Assembly: GCA_013265495.1 (NCBI GenBank)
Contig: MU058636.1
Location: 558,001-622,000 of the forward strand
Length of the DNA: 64,000 nucleotides
Direction of reading: 5' to 3'
From: Vicugna vicugna
Lineage: Eukaryota
Shown: piece by piece, positions 23,401-36,700 of the stretch
Layout: each line of letters starts with the position of its first letter
Position numbering within the stretch: the stretch's first letter is position 1
Notes under the pieces: generated by a model
Told to the model about the DNA's origin: nothing
What the model saw: the letters and a program-made list of their open reading frames with translations, nothing else
Database searches by the model: none
Program-made: the position numbers and the translations under genes

Positions 23401-25368
23401 CACTGCACGTGTGTAGTATTTCACATTCCTGGGTGCGGTGTTAACTTTCACACCTAAACACGCATGTGTGTTGCGTCTGAATTACTGCTTTAACGGGAGC
23501 AAAGGAGCAAGCACGATGGACCTCCTGCTCCTTTCACAAGTCACCCCGGAGCCTGGGAGCCCGAGGAAAGAGGGAGGCCAAGGAGATGGGAGGGTGCAAC
23601 CGTGAAGTGGCCGTGCATGTCCGAGGGACAGGGCAGAAAGTTGCTGCACATCCCCAGATGCCACGCGGGGCTTAAACACGTCCCTGCTCAGGTTCTCCTT
23701 TATTTTCACGTCCTCATGTGAACGCCTTCCTGTCTTACTAACATGCTCTTTCACCCCAATGTTTTGCCCACCCACCAACCATTTTTTCCTCTCTGTAAAC
23801 CCCTTTCTCTTACTGGCTCATTACAGGAGCAAAAATAGTGTTTTCCTTTGAAAGCATCCAATCAACTGGTTGGCTAGTTGCTTTTTTAAAAAACTAAACA
23901 AACCTTTTCAGTCACCCTATATGGTCTACATCCCAGCACCTCCATCACTTCAGAGGTAGGACCGGCGTGGAGGTGTCCGAACATGTCCCCCTAAAGCATC
24001 GTCCAGGCCACTTGTCTCCCGGGTCCTGTGTCTGCTCAGAGCATCTCTTACCTTCTTGTGGCTGCACCCTGACCTTCCACTCCTGACCTTTGCTACATCG
24101 TTGGGGATTCTGCTCCCTCCCTGGACGATTCCTCTGTTTATCGTGTCTTCGTAATCCTGTGCCCTGCTCAGTGCCTGTGAGACCCTTCAGCACAGCCACG
24201 GCCTCACGCCTTGGTGAGGCTACAGCTCCAAGACCTGGTCTGGAATCTGCATCTTCCACGGGATCTTAGTGTCTGACTCCCCTCGGTGCACAGCCGCCAT
24301 CTGCCTCCTTCCCGCAGACCCTGCTTTCCACCCCTGCCCTCACCGTCAGTCCCTCAGCAAATGCCCGGCATGCACCATGCTCTTCCCCAGTTCTCCCAGC
24401 CCTGTCTCCCCTGCTGCCAGCTGGTCTCCCAGACCCGTGGTTTACGCGGTGCTTCCACTCTTGTCCTGACTCCCTGCCTGTTTCTGTTCCGACACTTCTG
24501 CCTTCTTCCACCCGCCATCCGCGTGCTCAGCTCCGTGTTCCTAGGCTGCTGTTCAGCATTTTTATGGAAAGTCAGACAGTCTGTGTCCTCGTGGAATTTA
24601 TCTGTTCATGCTGGTAACTGGGCTTTCGTTGATATTGTAGGATTTGTGCATCTGACTTGCTGTCCTCCGAGCAGTGTTTCCAAGGCATTTTCACTCCTCC
24701 GTGGCCCCAGGCTGCTTCATTCTGAACGTGTGACTTCACTTTCTGCCCACTCACGGAGACTGAGGTCACTTCCTCTCGGTTTCTGCAGCATCCTCCTCGC
24801 CACCCAGCAATCTCTTTAAATTGCCAACTACTGACGCTGCCTTCCTCCCACCTCCTGGTTAACACCCGGCCCTTGAACTTCCAGAGGCTTCCACGTCATC
24901 CCCTCTCATACACTCTCGAGACCATTCTCCACCCTTGCCTCTTGACTTTCTTTGTTCCAAGGTTCTTTCTCCCTCCTGCCCCCTCCCCCACTGCCATCTC
25001 ATCATTCTGGACAAGCTCCACCCAGCCTCCCGCCCTCCCCCCATTTTCCCATGATGCTGCTCAACCCTCTTCCTCCCAGTCATCCTCCCTCATGTCTTCC
25101 CTCACGTCTGCTCCCCTTCAGGACACAGCTCCATCCTGGCCTTCCTCCCGCTGACTGAGATGTCACTGTGTCTTTTCCTTTCCCTCTCCTCCTAGTGTAG
25201 GGGTCACCCAGGTGCCAGACCAAGCCTTTCCTTACCCAGTATTCCCTCTCTTTGTGAGTTCATGCATTTCCACAGGCCCACCCGGTCACTGTGGTGCAGG
25301 TGGCCCCTGAGTAAGCAGGACGAGGCCCCCCCCGAGCACGCGTGGGCCCTGGGGCCCGACAGCGGGCT

Positions 25369-25735
25369 TGCTACGAGTCCACGCTCGTGCTGCTCGCCAC
25401 ATGCAGGCCGGTAAATCAAGAGACAAGGTGCTGGGGCAAGAAATGGCAACTTTGTCCCGGAAAGCAAGCAGATGGAGAAGGTGGTGGACTAGTGTTCCAA
25501 AGAACCATCTCCCCTGAGTTAGAATTCAGACTTCTTTTATACTAAAAGGGGAGGAGGAAAGTCCTGGTTCCGACCGGACTCGGAGGGGAGGTGTTAATCT
25601 CCTCCTTCCTGCAGCTGTCCGCCGGTGGCCTGGGAGGCAGCTTCCCAGAGGTGGGCCACCATGTGTCATTTAAGCTTAGGGGCAACATCTCTGTGATTAA
25701 CTTATGATAGAACACAGAGCTTCTTCCCTATTACA
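25369..25735 (-). mobile_element. ERV1-class solo LTR inserted into a MIR
   Basis: TG...CA termini (tgctacgagtcc ... ccctattaca), TATAAAA on the minus strand at 25535-25541, and a body resembling laurasiatherian ERV1 LTRs. MIR-like sequence lies on both sides (about 25330-25368 and 25790-25895). Confidence 0.7.
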
Positions 25736-26739
25736 GGTCACAGCCTAGACCTTTCTTACCTGAGTGATGTCATCGGTACCCTGGGAGTCACCATGGCACC
25801 CGCCTCACAGGGCCGCCGGGAGGAGGGAACGGGCTAATTCAGGGAGAGGGCTGAGCACAGCGCCCGGCATGCAGGAGGCCCAGGAAAATGTGGCTCTGTT
25901 CTCATGGTCAGGACCGTCCTCATCAGCCTGCACATGACGGGTGCTCCTGTGAACGCCAGGCTCTCTTCAGGACCAGCGCTTTCTGAAAGTTGGCCTCATT
26001 CAGACCCTGTGGTCCCACCTCCTACCTCATTGCCTGGGGCTCTGAGCCTCTCCTCCCCTGTCACCCTCTGACCAGTGCAGGCTCACCTGTGTCCCCCTGG
26101 CGATTGCTGAGACCTCCTTTTGGCCTCATTTCAGAAGCTCCTGTGAGCTGGCACCTTGACGACTGCTCCCTGCTTCCAGCGCCTTCTGTGGCGTTCTGCT
26201 GTCTCCTGAGTGAAATCTGTAGCTCTCAGTCCAACACGCTTCCCCCTCTTTTCAGGCCGGCCTTGCCATACAGCCCCTAAACCCAAGGACAGTTTTCTCT
26301 GGCAGGATCTACGCACACAGCGTCCATGACGGTCCTCGCCTCTGCGCTTCTGGCTGGAGGGCTTCTCATCATCCACAGTGGGACGGGCTCTCAGTGAGCC
26401 CCCAACACGGGCCCATCCTGCAGAACTTGTGTCCCTCCACTTTGCCTTGGAATTCCCTCCCCCTCCCCCTGGGCTGACCAAAGGCAGCAGAGGACAGGGG
26501 CTGCCCTTCCTGTACCCCACGCGGTCCTAGTGCACGTCACACACGGACCTGAACCTTCGGGGTCTCATACCTGTGGACCCACCCCTGAAATCCAGCCCTG
26601 TGTCCTGCCTCACACAGACTGGCCGTTCACGGGGCCTAACAATGGAATTTTCAACACGGTGACAGACTTTCACAGCGAGAGACAAAGGATTTGGAGTTAA
26701 ACCCACAGCCTAGTCAAATATTGACATGCCACCTGCTTC

Positions 26740-27530
26740 ATAGCTTTTAGAAAAGGCATAGAATGTTAACCATGCTGTCCAGTGCCCCAGTTACCCTCCC
26801 AGTCTCATCCCCCTTGAGAGAGAAGCACCCTCATCGCGTTCATGGTGACTGTTTCCACGCACCTGTTAGGTGTGTATAAACCTGCGGGAAACATGCACAG
26901 TGTGCGCAGTGTGCAGTGTTGATTTTTGCAGGGTTTTGAAACTTTACATCAACTGTATCATCTATACCCCCTCCCACAACAGTGGGTTATTTTGGTTTTT
27001 TCAAAACTGGTTTCTGAACTTTATCCATCGTGATAGAAGTATGGCTTACTCATTTTAATGCTGTTTTCAGTTATATGAATATGCCAGTATGTATTTATTC
27101 TACTGTTGATAAGCATTTAAGTTTTCGATACTGGGGGGCCGGAGTGTCGATCACCGAAAAGGCTACAGGGAACATTTCTGTCCGTTTCTGTTTGTGGACA
27201 TGTGCAAGTCTCCCCCGATCACACGACCGGGGTTGAAATGTGCGTCAGAAATTCCTCAGTCTGTGGCTTTTTCTTGAACTTCGTTCATGGTGCCCTTCAG
27301 TGCAGAAGTTCTCCATTTTAATGCAAACGCTTCTCTTTTCCTCCATGGTTTCTGCTGTTTCATATCAGGTTGTCTAAAAACTAATCCAAGTCAGACAGGT
27401 ACTGTCCCACGTTTTCTTCTGCAAATGTCAGGGTTTTGCTTTTCACCCGGAGGTTTCTGACCCACCTGGCGGTGACGCGTGTCTGTGCTGTGGGTGTGGA
27501 TCGGTGTAACTGAATGTTTTGTATCTAGAC
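26740..27530 (-). mobile_element. Old L1 (L1ME-like) fragments
   Basis: tttctgaactttatccatcgtgat...tttattctactgttgataagcatttaagttt...cagaagttctccattttaatg are antisense L1M motifs. Confidence 0.55.
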
Positions 27531-28429
27531 GAGCAGCGCTGGGCGGGTGAGCCCGCCTCCCCTGTGAAAACTGCTAGATTTCTAGTATTGTCATGTGGGA
27601 CCCTTCACGCCCAGGCACAGGGTCTCTGGTGTCTGAGCAGTAGGCCAGGGATGCTCAGCTAGCCTCACTTAGAGGACCATGAGCATCTGTCTCCAAGTAA
27701 GTGGATTTGAATCTAGAGAGCGTCTCAGATGGTCCATGGTCCCTGCATGGGAGGCTTTATCCCTCTGGAGAGTCTCAGACTCATAAGGCCTCCCGTGTGG
27801 CTAAGGCTAAGCGTCTCCCTGCTGGCACCTCTGGAGGACTGTTGAGCCATCCAGTGGAGGCCTCCTCTCCTCACTCAAATCACTTCCCTTTTAAAAAAGT
27901 GCTTATTTCCTGGCCTGTCGAGGCCAGCTGGGATGCTTTGAAGACTAAGGTGTTATTTTCACTCCATAGGTACCAATCTTAGTAAGACGTGTCCTTTCCG
28001 AGGAGGAGTGGGGACCCGTGAGACCCACTCAGACGCCCAGCCTGTGGGGTTCTGGGCTGTGCGGTCGGCGGGCTGAGCCCCAGGACGTGGCTGCCTGGGT
28101 GTGCCTGAGTCCGGCGCACGCCTGCTCACCGGCCTAGCGCCCTGCGTGGTGGTGTGGGACGACAGGCCCGGGAAGGGGCCCAGTTATTAAGTTCATCATT
28201 TAAAAATGTTACATTCTAAGCAGAAAAGAAAAAAAGTCAGAAATGGTGCAACAGAATTAACTTGTATTCAGTAAAGTCCAACTAGGATTTCTGGGCTAAA
28301 AATGGAAGCTGGATTGTATACATCGGAAGGCCTGCAACTTATTAAAACAGAAGTTACTGAAATGCTAGCAAGTCATAATAAAGAAAACACTAGAAGATTG
28401 TGAGCAGACAGTAAAGCCATTGTCTGTTA

Positions 28430-28610
28430 AGAATGTGGAGCTCAGACCGCGGGACAGGCCCCGGCTCAAGCGGCTGAGAGGTCTCGGCTCAGGTTGTGAC
28501 TCGGCCCCTTACCAGGTGACCTTTAACTGGCCCCTGACCTACGGAGCCTTAGTTGCCTCATCTGTAAGATGGGAGCAATCGTACCTCTCCTCTCTGGCAG
28601 GGGTTTTGGT
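28430..28610 (+). mobile_element. MIR fossil
   Basis: gactcggccccttaccaggtgacctttaactggcccctgacctacggagccttagttgcctcatctgtaagatgggagcaat resembles the MIR core. Confidence 0.6.
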
Positions 28611-31600
28611 GGAGCTTAGACAGCAAGGGTGTGGGCGTGTCCGGGAGGAGAGGCTCCAGGGGAGGAGCAGCTGAAACCAAGGCCTGCCTGCTACCTGCGC
28701 CTGCACCTGCGCCCACGGCGTGGTCAGTGAGAGTGGGCAATACCGGGGAGGGGAGGGGCGGTCCCGGGGAGGGGGTGGGGCCTAGGATACTCACCCGCAT
28801 GCCTGGCATGTCGGAAGTCCTCGTGGGGGATTTGGAGTTGCTGCCTGGATCCTTCCATGCTGCCCGCGGTGAGCACGGGGAGATGAAAAGGTAGCTGTTC
28901 ACGTGCGGGCGGACGCCGCCTCCTCCATCCCTGGGTCTCTCCCACCGAACCGCAAGGCTGGCCCAGGACGAGCGCTCCAGAACCTCCGGAGGAGGGAGGG
29001 CAGGCCGGCTGCGGCTGTGAAGGTTTTTTTTTTGTTTGTTTCACGAAGAAAGAAATCAGCTTTAAAAGTAGAAAGCACGGTTTTAATTTCTCAGTGTGGC
29101 CCTTGGGGATGGATGGTTTGCAGCAGTCATTCGGTTATCCCAAACTCTTTATTAAGTCAAGTCTTTTCTTCCCCAGAATATTTTCTGTTAAAAAAAAAAA
29201 AAGAAAGAAAAGCAATCTGGACTTTTGGTTGGAGGAGCCGTAAAAAGTAACAGTGAGAGGGAGAGGGAGCGAGAGAGGTATGCAGCAGAGCTCCCCCCGG
29301 GGAGCTGGGAGCTGCTGCTAAATTTCAGTTGCAGTTGTCAGAGTTAAAGAAAACACTGGAGAAAATGTCTCATCGAGGGGTCCCGGACCGCTGTGCTCCG
29401 GGAAGGCAGTGAGGGATGGACGGCAGCCAGCTGGCCGGGGCCCAGCCGCCAGTGCCCTGCGCCAGCCCCTGAGCTCATTTGCTGCTTCTAAGTCATTTAA
29501 CAGTCAGAGCTGTTTCCAGATCAGCACAGGGCACTATGAAGAGGCTTGGGGGTTGGGGGGAGCCAGGGAGATGTTAAGGAAGAAGCTTCGCTCATTTTTG
29601 GAGGTCTTGCCCAGGGCTCCTTGGGGTCTGTTGAGATGGACTGTACATGAGCCCAGCTGACTGGACGCTGGGCACGGCAGCCCAGGGGGCAGATGCTCTG
29701 CTGTCCTGGCTCAACAGTAGAGGAAACAGAGGAGGCAAGCAGAGGGCAGTGAACCCGTTTAGGCTTCAAGGGAAGTCCTGGCACATGGTGCCTGTCTCGA
29801 ATTTGTCCCACAGCGGGGAACACAGACTGACCTTGCCCAGCTCCGGTTCCTCCAGCCTGCTTTCTAGAACCTCTCATCTGCCACCACGTCCATGTGTGGC
29901 TGGTCCCCAGCACCGTGGACGTGTGGGTGGTGTGTAGCCCGCAGCAGCTGCTGAAGGCTCTCATCCCTGGTGACACGTTTCGCGGTGCCCCTGGTGGACA
30001 CTCCTGGTCTGACCAGAGGCTGTGCTGTGCAGCGTGACAACCGGACAGGCCCCCATCCTCTCCAGCCCTCAGCTGTGTCCTTGTTCATCAAGGAACTTCC
30101 CGCCTCTACCTCAACTTTCCTCTGATTCACTGCAGTGGGTGCCTATGCATTTGGCACCTAAGTGGTTAATAGCATCGCTGGCTAAAGGCATGGAGGGTGC
30201 CTTCTTCCCTGGGGGGCTGTTAGCACATCAAAAGGGTGCTTTTAAATCCTCACTCAATAGTATATGTGGTGGGGGGAGTAATTGAGAGCCACTTGTCACC
30301 GAGCCCAGCTCAATAAGTACTTCTTGTCATGCTAGCGGAACAAGTGCCGTCTAACTGAACTTCAGTACCACAGGCTGCGGCCTTAGCAGAGTTCCTTAGC
30401 CCAGACCCCAGGCAATCTGTGAAAATCGGGGACACTAGAAACCTTTCTGGAGACACACCTTTATAATTAGTTATGCCCACGACGTCTTCGCAGGTCCAAG
30501 TTTTAAAAACCAATGAAAAAAATCTTTCCAAGTCCCCATATAACCTTTGTCACTGGGGGAGGGGGCTTCCTGTCTCCAGCGGGGCCATTTAAAGGCCATT
30601 TTCCTTATTTCCTGCAGCAGGGAAAGTTGTGAATTTCGTAAGCTATATTAAATAGTCCGTGACTGGTGTAGAACGCTGTTTTTAGGAGGCTGTGTCCTTT
30701 GAAAAGTACACCTAGCAGATGATGCGGGATGTGTCCCCGTAAGTGCAGCTTAAACAAACCCACCTTCCGTGGGTCGAGCATCCCCTTAAACGGTCCAGCT
30801 GGGTCAGCCAACGAGGCCAGCGGCGTGGAGAGGAGGCAGGACTTGCAGAAAGCAGATGGCTCACTCCAGCTCATTCCTGGGTTTGCTTGGACCCGTGGGA
30901 GAGGGAGGATGGTGAGTTCAGTTTTTCTTCTGTGTAAGTAGTGTGTTTTCTGTATGAAAACCAGGAACTAGAGATAGTCAAAGAGACATGGAAGTAAAAT
31001 TCAGCAGTGCACGCCCTCTGCTACGCCGTTCCGTGTGTTTTTGCTGACGTGTGAGCACACGTGGGTATGGAGGTCGGTGGTCTCAACGGTCTTGGTGGAT
31101 CCAGGCCTGAACCACTGCACTGTGTTTGAGGCCCTGGAATGTGCTTTATTTAAGGTGAGGAAACCCCAAAACAGAACTCACAAAAACAGTCATATGTGTC
31201 GATGTATACTGACATGTGTCATGCCTGACACTTCAGGGCGCAGTCACTTTGGGGTGGGCATCTTGGGTTGAATTCTGAGATTTGGGCCAATCCTTCTTCC
31301 TTTCCCAGTCCCTGCCCCCGCCCCCCTGCCAAGGCAGGTCCCCTTCACATGCCGTCTCAGAAACCACACTTCTCATTAGGTCACTTCACAGCGCTCTGTG
31401 TCAACAGCCTAATTCTCTGTCCCTTTCATTGCTGTCCCCTGGACGTAGGAGCCACAACAGTCAGTGAGGCCTCTGCTTGGACACGTATTCCTTACTTTCT
31501 TCCACGTGAACACTCTTGAACTTGCATCTTTTCCCGTGTTCCTACTGATTTCCTTAGGATGAATTCTGAGACACATCACTGATGAAGCAAAATGCGCTCA

Positions 31601-32149
31601 TATATGTTTAAGGTTTTAAACTATTCTTCCAGAAAGCTGGTCCTTTCATTTTTAGACAAGGAAGGCAAGTCCTCTGGTGCCAGGGTTGGAGTACAACTCT
31701 ACCCCGAATCTCGCTGCTTCTCAGTTCCGTGGCCATGAAGTGCCCGCACCACAAACAGGGCTCCGTGCCGGAGTTCAGGGGCAGGACCCGCACAGCTGGC
31801 GGGGCTTTGCTGCGCCTGCGTGGATGGAGCAGCTGTGTGGACGGAGATGTGAGTTGATGGACCCGCCCACCGGAGCAGAAGGTGGGAATGGGGAAGTGAG
31901 TTAAGCCTGGGTGCCCGGTGAGGACTGGAGACCCCCCCCCAGCATGAAGAGAGATACTAGGCCCCCGACTCTCAGCCCCACCAGGACCCGAGCGGGTCCT
32001 AAGGTTAATCGTGCCTCTGCCTCTCGGTCCCTCCCTCCCACCGGGAGCTCCGCTTCCTTGTAACGAGCAGAACACAGCGATCGCGGGGGAGTCCAATGGT
32101 GAAACTCAGGAAAGGGAAACTGGTGACCAGGAAGAGATCTGTCACATGT

Positions 32150-32642
32150 AAGACGCCTGGGTAAAGAAGCTGTGGTATATGTACGCACAATGGAATACTA
32201 CTCAGCCATAAAAAATAATGAGATAAAGCCATTTACAGCTGCATGGATGGACCTGGAGACCATCATACTAAGTGAAGTAAGCCAGATGGAGACAGACAAA
32301 TATATGATATCACTCATATGTGGAATCTCAGCAAAGGGCACAAATGAACTCATTTACAAAACAGAAACAGACTCACAGACATAGATGAAAAACTCACGAT
32401 TACCAGGGGAGAAGGAATGAAGAGGGATAAATTGGGAGTTTGGGATTTGTAGGTACAAACTACTTCATATAAAATAGATAAACAACAAGGTTCTGCTGTA
32501 TAGCATGGGGAGCTATACTCAATATCCTGTAATAAACCATAATGGAAAAAGAATACATATATATGTGTATAACTGAATCACTTTGCTGTACCCCAGAAAC
32601 TAACAGAATCTTGTAAATTAACTGTACTTCAATTAAAATAAA
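32150..32642 (+). mobile_element. 5'-truncated L1 (3' end) with 18-bp TSD
   Basis: aagaagctgtggtatatgtacgcacaatggaatactactcagccata...aactgtacttcaattaaaataaaa. TSD is aagagatctgtcacatgt (32132-32149) / aagaattctgtcacatgt (32643-32660). Confidence 0.92.
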
Positions 32643-33569
32643 AAGAATTCTGTCACATGTTAACTTCAGTCCCTTTCCAGGTAGCCCACCCTTCAGGCCA
32701 GGGGGCCGCTGCCAGCCAGCTCCACCCCAAGCCTTACTCATTGGAAACAAGACAGAAGGCCTCTGCCTCCCCTGCCCCATTCTGTAGGGCAAATGCCTCT
32801 CCCCGCTTCCCCACCTTTGTCCCTGAGCCCCCTCTTCAGCTCCTCACCTAACTGACATCTAGCCCTGTAACTCTTCCTTAAGCCCTCTCCCCAACTCCTC
32901 CCACACCATTTTGCATCCCTGGAGCTGGAAAGTCTCATCAAAGGCCGAGCTTCTCGCTTGCCTCCCTGTCACCATCCTCCCACTTGGAATCGCTCTCCCC
33001 CGGGCCCTCCGACTGTTGAGACTTCTCTTCCAGGCGCCTCCCACTCTCCATCCCCAAGAAGTCTTCCCCAGCCTTCTAGCCTTCCTCCTACCCCCAGGGA
33101 ATGTAATCATGACACGTACACCCCATGTGTGATGGAGGATACGCCGCCTGACTTTAAGTCCCTTGAAGGCAAGGACCGTGACCTGATCACCTTCCTTTTT
33201 GGGGTGTTGAGAACCGGTCTGCCAAGAGGCGGGTTCCGTGGATGAACCAGCAGCAGAGGACCAGGAACAGATGGGTACGTGGGTGGGTGAATGATTACGC
33301 TGGAGACTGGTGGCTCTGACATTTCTCCAGAGGCGGGATTAGGACAGCTTCTGGCCAGGAGAGGGCTTGAACCACTTCGTAAAAGAGGGGGACAGCGCTC
33401 CTCAAAACAAAAGAATAGAGATGAGTGGGTGGACACCACGGCCAGGAGCTCACCCCGCCAGGTCCCCTGACATTCGTCCTAGGTGCCTATTTTAACTTCC
33501 GTTGAACTTAATACATTCTGTTGCTTTTGTGTGATGGGATGTTTTACGCTGATTAAATTGCATCTCTGA

Positions 33570-33707
<138 letters not shown>

Positions 33708-36700
33708 TAAGTGAATGATGGAGTGGTACCCAGGTCTTGTCGCCTGCCCTTCAGTTGTCTTCCCCTAGCCCTGCCAGACGAATGAGATGCTGCGGGATTT
33801 CAGAGAAACAGGTCTCCTGCCACCTGCCAGTAACAGATATACAGGATGTGGGGCTTTTGTTTGTTTGTTTGTTTTCCTTTTAACCTATGCTTCACCTTGC
33901 TGTGAGAATGTAGAGAAAAAGCAGCCAGGCTCTGTGAAGGTCAGGAGGGATATTCCTGGCGCATGATTGTAAGAGAGAATTTCTAAGTTCACATCCGTTC
34001 CATGAGATTTAAGAAGCATAGCTCAAAATTCATTTCTCCTGATAGCTAAAAATCAATGCTGAGTGATCACAAATACAGCCCAGCCTTAAACCCCAGACTT
34101 CAACGGAAGTGTGTCTGTGTAAGTCACTTCCCACCACCAAATGCTTGGGATGAAGTGTTCTTCACTTTTTCAAGTAATTCTCAGTAGGAAGCCTTCAAAT
34201 ACAATTCTTCTAAAGTGCCCATTCACAAATCTGTGAGAAAACTAACCACGGAGACTAAACTATATCAATAGGAAATAATTCATGCTCAGTTTTTGTTTGT
34301 ATGTTTTAAGATACACTGTTTCCTAAGTATCTTATGCACAATGTAAAAAAAAAAGCTGCTAAGTTCCAAGATAATGTAAATTTTCTTCCACCCGCGAAGA
34401 AGACAGAATACGCCGCATGAGATAATACTGATTTTTGTTTGGGGTGGGCCTCATTCCTCCTGCAGTTGCCAACTTCCCTGAAAATTGAGACTCTTGGATG
34501 GGCTTCACTTTGGGCAAAGCATAATTACTTGGGGGCCCTGAGGTAGAGAATTCAGACTTTAATCCAAACCTCCCAGGAAAAGACATCAGATTTCATTTTT
34601 CTCTCTCCCTTCCTCCCACCCTCGATGAGAACTGCTCTTGCCTGACAGTTAAGGATGTCTTTTGAAACAGTCTTCATTTTGGCATGATCTTGACAGCCGA
34701 CGAATACCTAAGTTGGAGAGAGGAAGTGAATAGAGAATTTTATAGCTCCCGTTTTGGGTGTTTTTCTTCTCTTCTCTTCACTAAGTTTTGCAACTGTTAG
34801 TGAAAATGAAATCATTCTAGTTTCTAAAGTGTCTTGGTTTACCACTCCTTGCCTTTTCCTTGTTAAAACTGTGTTTTGTAAACAGCAGAATCAGAAGCCT
34901 TGGAAGCGCAATTATTACACCCAGGAAGGATGTTTTCTTCATCTAGTAAATGAACTGAGAGAAAATGTTAGTTCTGTTACTTCCTCTCGGAACACAGCCT
35001 GGTCGTGGCGCAGTGTGTCACCTTGTCAAGTCCCTTCAGTTTTGCGAGATAATCACGCTAGTTTTAGGTAAATATAACACAGTCTTGGTTACATCCGATC
35101 ACTTTTCAGTTTACAGTGACTGAGCGTAGTAATTTGATTATAAATTAATAGCAGCCTATTTCAATTGAAGCCCTTTATATTAATGTCATGAAAACTTTTT
35201 TTTTAATTGAGACAGTGCGTTTGCCGAGTGAGGCTTCGGCAGAGGGATCTTTCTGCCGCTTCAGCGTGTTTGCAGGTTGCAGCGGCTCTGCCTGCCCATC
35301 AGTTGTCGGGCTCCTTCCTGGTACCTTCCAAAAAAAGTGCTCAGTCACCAGGAAGCAGATTATCTCTTCCTTCAAACAGGATTTGGCTTTTCCCGGCACT
35401 GTAAAATCAGCATGATTTACATTTTAACGAGGATAAATTAATGACACTGCTTCCAGCTCCACTAGAAAGCGCACAAGTCACTCCCTTTCCAAGGAGCCGG
35501 CCAGCCAGGTCGGCGCAGGGGCTGGCGGGCGGGGAGCGGGGGCAGACCACGTGTGGTTCCACCTGCTGCCCTGCCAGGGCCCGATCGCCGCCCTTCCCAG
35601 GAGCGGACAGCGCCCACCTTTGGGAAAGCGAGAGAGGCCCCCACTGAACCCCAGAGGCACCTCCTGAAATTTGGTTTTGTCTCCTTATATTTGGGGGCCC
35701 AGGGAGGATGGCAAATACTGATTGCCTCTTGCCTGGAGTATTTGCCCAAAGTAGATGCTCAATTTGTCATATTCAGTCAGTGTCTAAACTACAGTTACCC
35801 CCTCCTCAAAAACAGGAATCTGGCGAGTTTCTTTGGCATTTTCCCTCTGATCACAGGGCCTCTGTTTTACCTCATGTTATACTCCCAGCCTGAAACACTT
35901 GTTTGTTGAGTCAGGGAGACTCAGAGGCCTCTCCCGGGAAGAGGAAGCATCTTGTGAGCTGCTTGCCTCTGATGAGGCCATGACACTGAACTGTCATTTC
36001 TCTGTCTGATCTTTATAAAATGTGTTCTGTTTTTCCTTCCTGCACCTGGAACCAAAAGATGAATCCCAGTTGTCCAGGAAATTACCCATCATTTGGTTCA
36101 AACTGTGGAATGTTGATTGGCAGGTGACGTGCTAGGATCACCAGGGCCTTCTGAGAAGCGTGTAAGTTGAGTGACAGAGAGTCAGGGAGGAGCTAGCGCT
36201 CGCCCTGTGGCGAACCCGCATGAGGCGTTTGCTAGGGTTCTTTCAACTGGACTTGGGCCGATCTTAAGGACTTTTGTTTAGTTTTGAATTTTAGTAGCTA
36301 ACTCTATTTTGAAAGAGCTTTTAAATTCCAGCGCAGGGCAGGCCTGCCTTTTCACCTTTATTTCTGTGTGCATTGGAGAAAGTGAGTTGCTTCGTCTGCC
36401 TGCATTTTCCCTCTTTCTCTGCCCAGTCTCTCTCCCATTTTAGGACCTGTACTGTTAAGTGTAAGGAAAAGAAAAAAAAAACCAGCATGAGATCATGCAG
36501 TCATTTTTTCCATGAAGTCTGTCATCTTTCTGGGCGAGGAGGCATTATCAGACTGTCTTAAGGCAGATTTCGACACCATAAAATACCTACTCTGTTACCC
36601 CGTTAACCAGAGTTTTCAAGAGGGACCAAACTAACACATCTTTTATTTAAATAATTGATTGATTATATGTGGTACCTGGCTGATGAATATTTTTATTAGA

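Noticed and set aside
35595..35615. REST/NRSE site (ggacagcgcc)
   Set aside because: Only the right half-site matches; the TCAGCACC left half is absent.
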